Source: an uncultured virus (IMG/VR IMGVR_UViG_3300044568_002560)
Lineage: Duplodnaviria; Heunggongvirae; Uroviricota; Caudoviricetes; Ackermannviridae
DNA: 56,667 nt
Virus record (IMG/VR): IMGVR_UViG_3300044568_002560
Strand: one strand, 5' to 3'
The position numbers and the translations under genes were made by a program. Every line of letters begins with the position of its first letter. Position 1 is the first letter of the stretch. Shown here piece by piece: positions 54,413 through 56,667 of the stretch. The notes beneath the pieces were generated by a model that was not told where the DNA came from, ran no database searches, and was given only the letters and a program-made list of their open reading frames with translations.

Positions 54413-55204
54413 TTAGTTTTCTTCGGGACACCAAACGATTGCACTATTTGTTTTTCCCCACTCGCCCGTAATCAAATTTGAAATATGAAGAGGGAAACTT
54501 CTATTTGTAAGGGAGTTAAGTAGTTGCCATCTTTCTAAAATTCCTTCATGCCCACCATACCACCTATCTTTAAATTCTACATCCCGTTCAAAGTAGTAGT
54601 TGTAATGAGTGAATCTTGGCGTGAGTAATACCGCTTCTTTGCCTGCACCTTGAAGCAGAGGAGGTTCGTGGCAAACAAAATCTTGTCCACACCATTTCCA
54701 CAAGCGAATGTAACCGTATGTGCGGCACTCACCCCAATCACCTATTGCTCGTAGGTTCTTTCCAACACGACAGTCAGCAGCGAATGCTCCTGCAATTTCT
54801 CCTGAAGCCTCTAATTGGTTTTCTGCTGCGGTCATGGATTCCGCAGTCCATTGCTCGTCTATGTCTATCTGCCACAGATAGCAGGAGTCTGTGAGTTTAC
54901 GAACTTCTTCTATTGCACGGTTCACCTGTACATCTTTGGAATGCCAAAAGCCGTCAGACTGAACATACACCAAGTTGGGATGGTGCTGTTGCAACTCCAA
55001 CAAGTATTCATGCGTTCCGTCCACGCTTCTGCCGTTGTCGTGAAGGTGCGAAGGAAACTCCTTGCACCAACGAGTGCTGCCGTTTGACCGTGCAGCACCT
55101 TCCACCACAACCCACCAATCACAGTCACGAAGTATGGATTCTGCTTGCTCGTTATGCTTCAGGTGATGAAGCCCATTATGAATAATAGTGAACGCTATTC
55201 GCAT
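54413..55204 (-). CDS. Glycosyltransferase (GT-A/GT2-like)
   Basis: VVEGAA, SVDGT, WQIDIDE (DxD), HEPP. Confidence 0.75.
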   Translation of the reverse strand: MRIAFTIIHNGLHHLKHNEQAESILRDCDWWVVVEGAARSNGSTRWCKEFPSHLHDNGRSVDGTHEYLLELQQHHPNLVYVQSDGFWHSKDVQVNRAIEEVRKLTDSCYLWQIDIDEQWTAESMTAAENQLEASGEIAGAFAADCRVGKNLRAIGDWGECRTYGYIRLWKWCGQDFVCHEPPLLQGAGKEAVLLTPRFTHYNYYFERDVEFKDRWYGGHEGILERWQLLNSLTNRSFPLHISNLITGEWGKTNSAIVWCPEEN

Positions 55205-55617
55205 TAAGGATTGTTTGTTATGTAATCGTCTATCTGTTGGTGAGTGGTAAGAGCAGCCACAACCGCTTTATCGGCTTGCTTGTCGATCATGGCTTGTAGA
55301 AAGGCTTGTGTGCTTTCTGCTGGATCGTTTGCTGTGTTCACGACATCTGTGAGTTGCTGTTTATACTTTTGATCTACGGCAGAAAGTAGAGGCTGCTTTC
55401 GATCTTCCACACTCAAGTCCTTAACATTCCAAAGAATTTCTACAGGAGTCTTGGTTAAGTCAAACCAATGCCCATCGGTGACTTGTTTTCCTGCAACTAG
55501 TTCAGGTTGAACCTCCACCGCATCGCGCCAATCGCCTGTGTTCATGGCTCCTTCAGGAACCTCGTCTGCATTCATGCACTCAACCACAGAGTTGTTTTCT
55601 ATTCGTATTTTCTTCAT
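55204..55617 (-). CDS. Hypothetical (tail-fibre-assembly-like) protein
   Basis: SD AAGGAG; coupled to both neighbours. Confidence 0.6.
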   Translation of the reverse strand: MKKIRIENNSVVECMNADEVPEGAMNTGDWRDAVEVQPELVAGKQVTDGHWFDLTKTPVEILWNVKDLSVEDRKQPLLSAVDQKYKQQLTDVVNTANDPAESTQAFLQAMIDKQADKAVVAALTTHQQIDDYITNNP

Positions 55618-56667
55618 TTGCTTGTCTCCTTCCGTATGTAGTTACAAGTTCAGTACCCAACTTTTCTATCGGAGCATTCCAGTCTCCAAATTTTTCTTGA
55701 CGGAACAACCGCACGGAATCATAGAAGGGAGATGTTTCTCCTTCAGGACTCCAAATATAATAATTCAGCACAGGTAACACCACCCATGTAGGCACACCCA
55801 TAGCACCCGAAAGATGGGCAATACTTGTGCAGGACGATATTACAAGATCACAGCCTGATATGACTTCCCGTGTTTGTTCCCAATTATTCAAGGCTACCTT
55901 ACGAATAAAATCAGGGCAGTCTTCCTCACCTTCATCCCGTTGCAGACACACAAAGTCTGCGTCTATGTCTCGTAGTGCTTCAAAGAACGGCTCCAATGGA
56001 AACCTGCGATTCTGCTCGTCTTCAAACTTGGGATTACCTTGCCAACGCACACCAATCACAGGACGGGGAGCATTGGGCATATGTGTGCGTGGAATGTATG
56101 ACTTGCCGTTAATATCTGAATACTCGTATCCCAAAGGAGTGAGAACAGACATGGCAGGAATCCAAAAATCGTGATACACCAATCCTGCGGCACGATGATC
56201 AATAATCATTTTCACGCCTGTGCAAGTCTTCACAATGGGACACAGTTCAGGTGAACACGCCACTATAACATCACAACCACGGCGATTCAGATCAGAAATG
56301 TATTTCAAAGAATGAATCTGATCACCCAAACCGCCTTCAAGATAATACAAAATAGTTCCCATGCTCTTGCCGTCCCATATGGGTGTAGGCACATCAGGCT
56401 TGGGATTTCCAAAAGCGTTTTCGTATCGTCCCCGCGACATGAGGTTCATGCCGTCTTGAAGTTTTCCTTCACGCAAGGCAAACCATCCCATGTTGAATGC
56501 TATCTTGTTGCACTCAGGGCGTTCTGCCTGTGCTGCTTGGAGTACACGATACGACTCTTCAAACTGTCCTTGTTTGGAAAGTTCCACGGAGATATCAATT
56601 TTCTTCTTTGGTATCTCTGCTTGTGTTTCACCCATCCAGAATCGTGGCTTGTGAAACGAGTCCCAAT
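55580..56667 (-). CDS. TPR plus GT9-like glycosyltransferase (5' end probably beyond the window)
   Basis: EGGLGDQI, GVRWQGNP, CDLVISSCTSIAHLSGAMG, YDSVRLFRQ; frame stays open to the window edge. Confidence 0.8.
   Translation of the reverse strand, partial: WDSFHKPRFWMGETQAEIPKKKIDISVELSKQGQFEESYRVLQAAQAERPECNKIAFNMGWFALREGKLQDGMNLMSRGRYENAFGNPKPDVPTPIWDGKSMGTILYYLEGGLGDQIHSLKYISDLNRRGCDVIVACSPELCPIVKTCTGVKMIIDHRAAGLVYHDFWIPAMSVLTPLGYEYSDINGKSYIPRTHMPNAPRPVIGVRWQGNPKFEDEQNRRFPLEPFFEALRDIDADFVCLQRDEGEEDCPDFIRKVALNNWEQTREVISGCDLVISSCTSIAHLSGAMGVPTWVVLPVLNYYIWSPEGETSPFYDSVRLFRQEKFGDWNAPIEKLGTELVTTYGRRQANEENTNRKQLCG

Noticed and set aside
1..56667. Stop-codon reassignment
   Set aside because: TAA, TAG and TGA all end recognisable genes at expected positions; no suppressor tRNA seen

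Overview
A 56.7 kb segment of a large T4-like (myovirus-type) phage genome; no host chromosome is apparent. T4-like markers are gp32, gp33, a gp68-like core protein, a Cas4-like exonuclease, a DUF6267-type ligase-like protein, a cytidyltransferase, a CobS/CobT-type AAA+VWA pair, a RuvC-like nuclease and class II RNR. A VPAP-type PEP-CTERM protein, an outer-membrane beta-barrel and Gly/Tyr-rich exported proteins suggest a diderm host, most plausibly Planctomycetota/Phycisphaerae (inference). Positions 1-30.2 kb are mostly minus-strand early/accessory genes: purA, guaC, 7 tRNAs, a two-piece tmRNA and many leaderless genes behind sigma70-type promoters. Positions 30.3-50 kb are plus-strand late genes rich in modular putative internal head proteins. 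The most notable signals are non-coding: (1) a late-promoter/terminator-bounded small RNA complementary to 23S rRNA helices 69-70 that skips helix 71; (2) a small RNA whose hairpin loop is antisense to the shared 5' ends of three leaderless early mRNAs; (3) a circularly permuted tmRNA; (4) an atypical tRNA-Ile(UAU). All family assignments come from motif recognition by eye, not from database searches.
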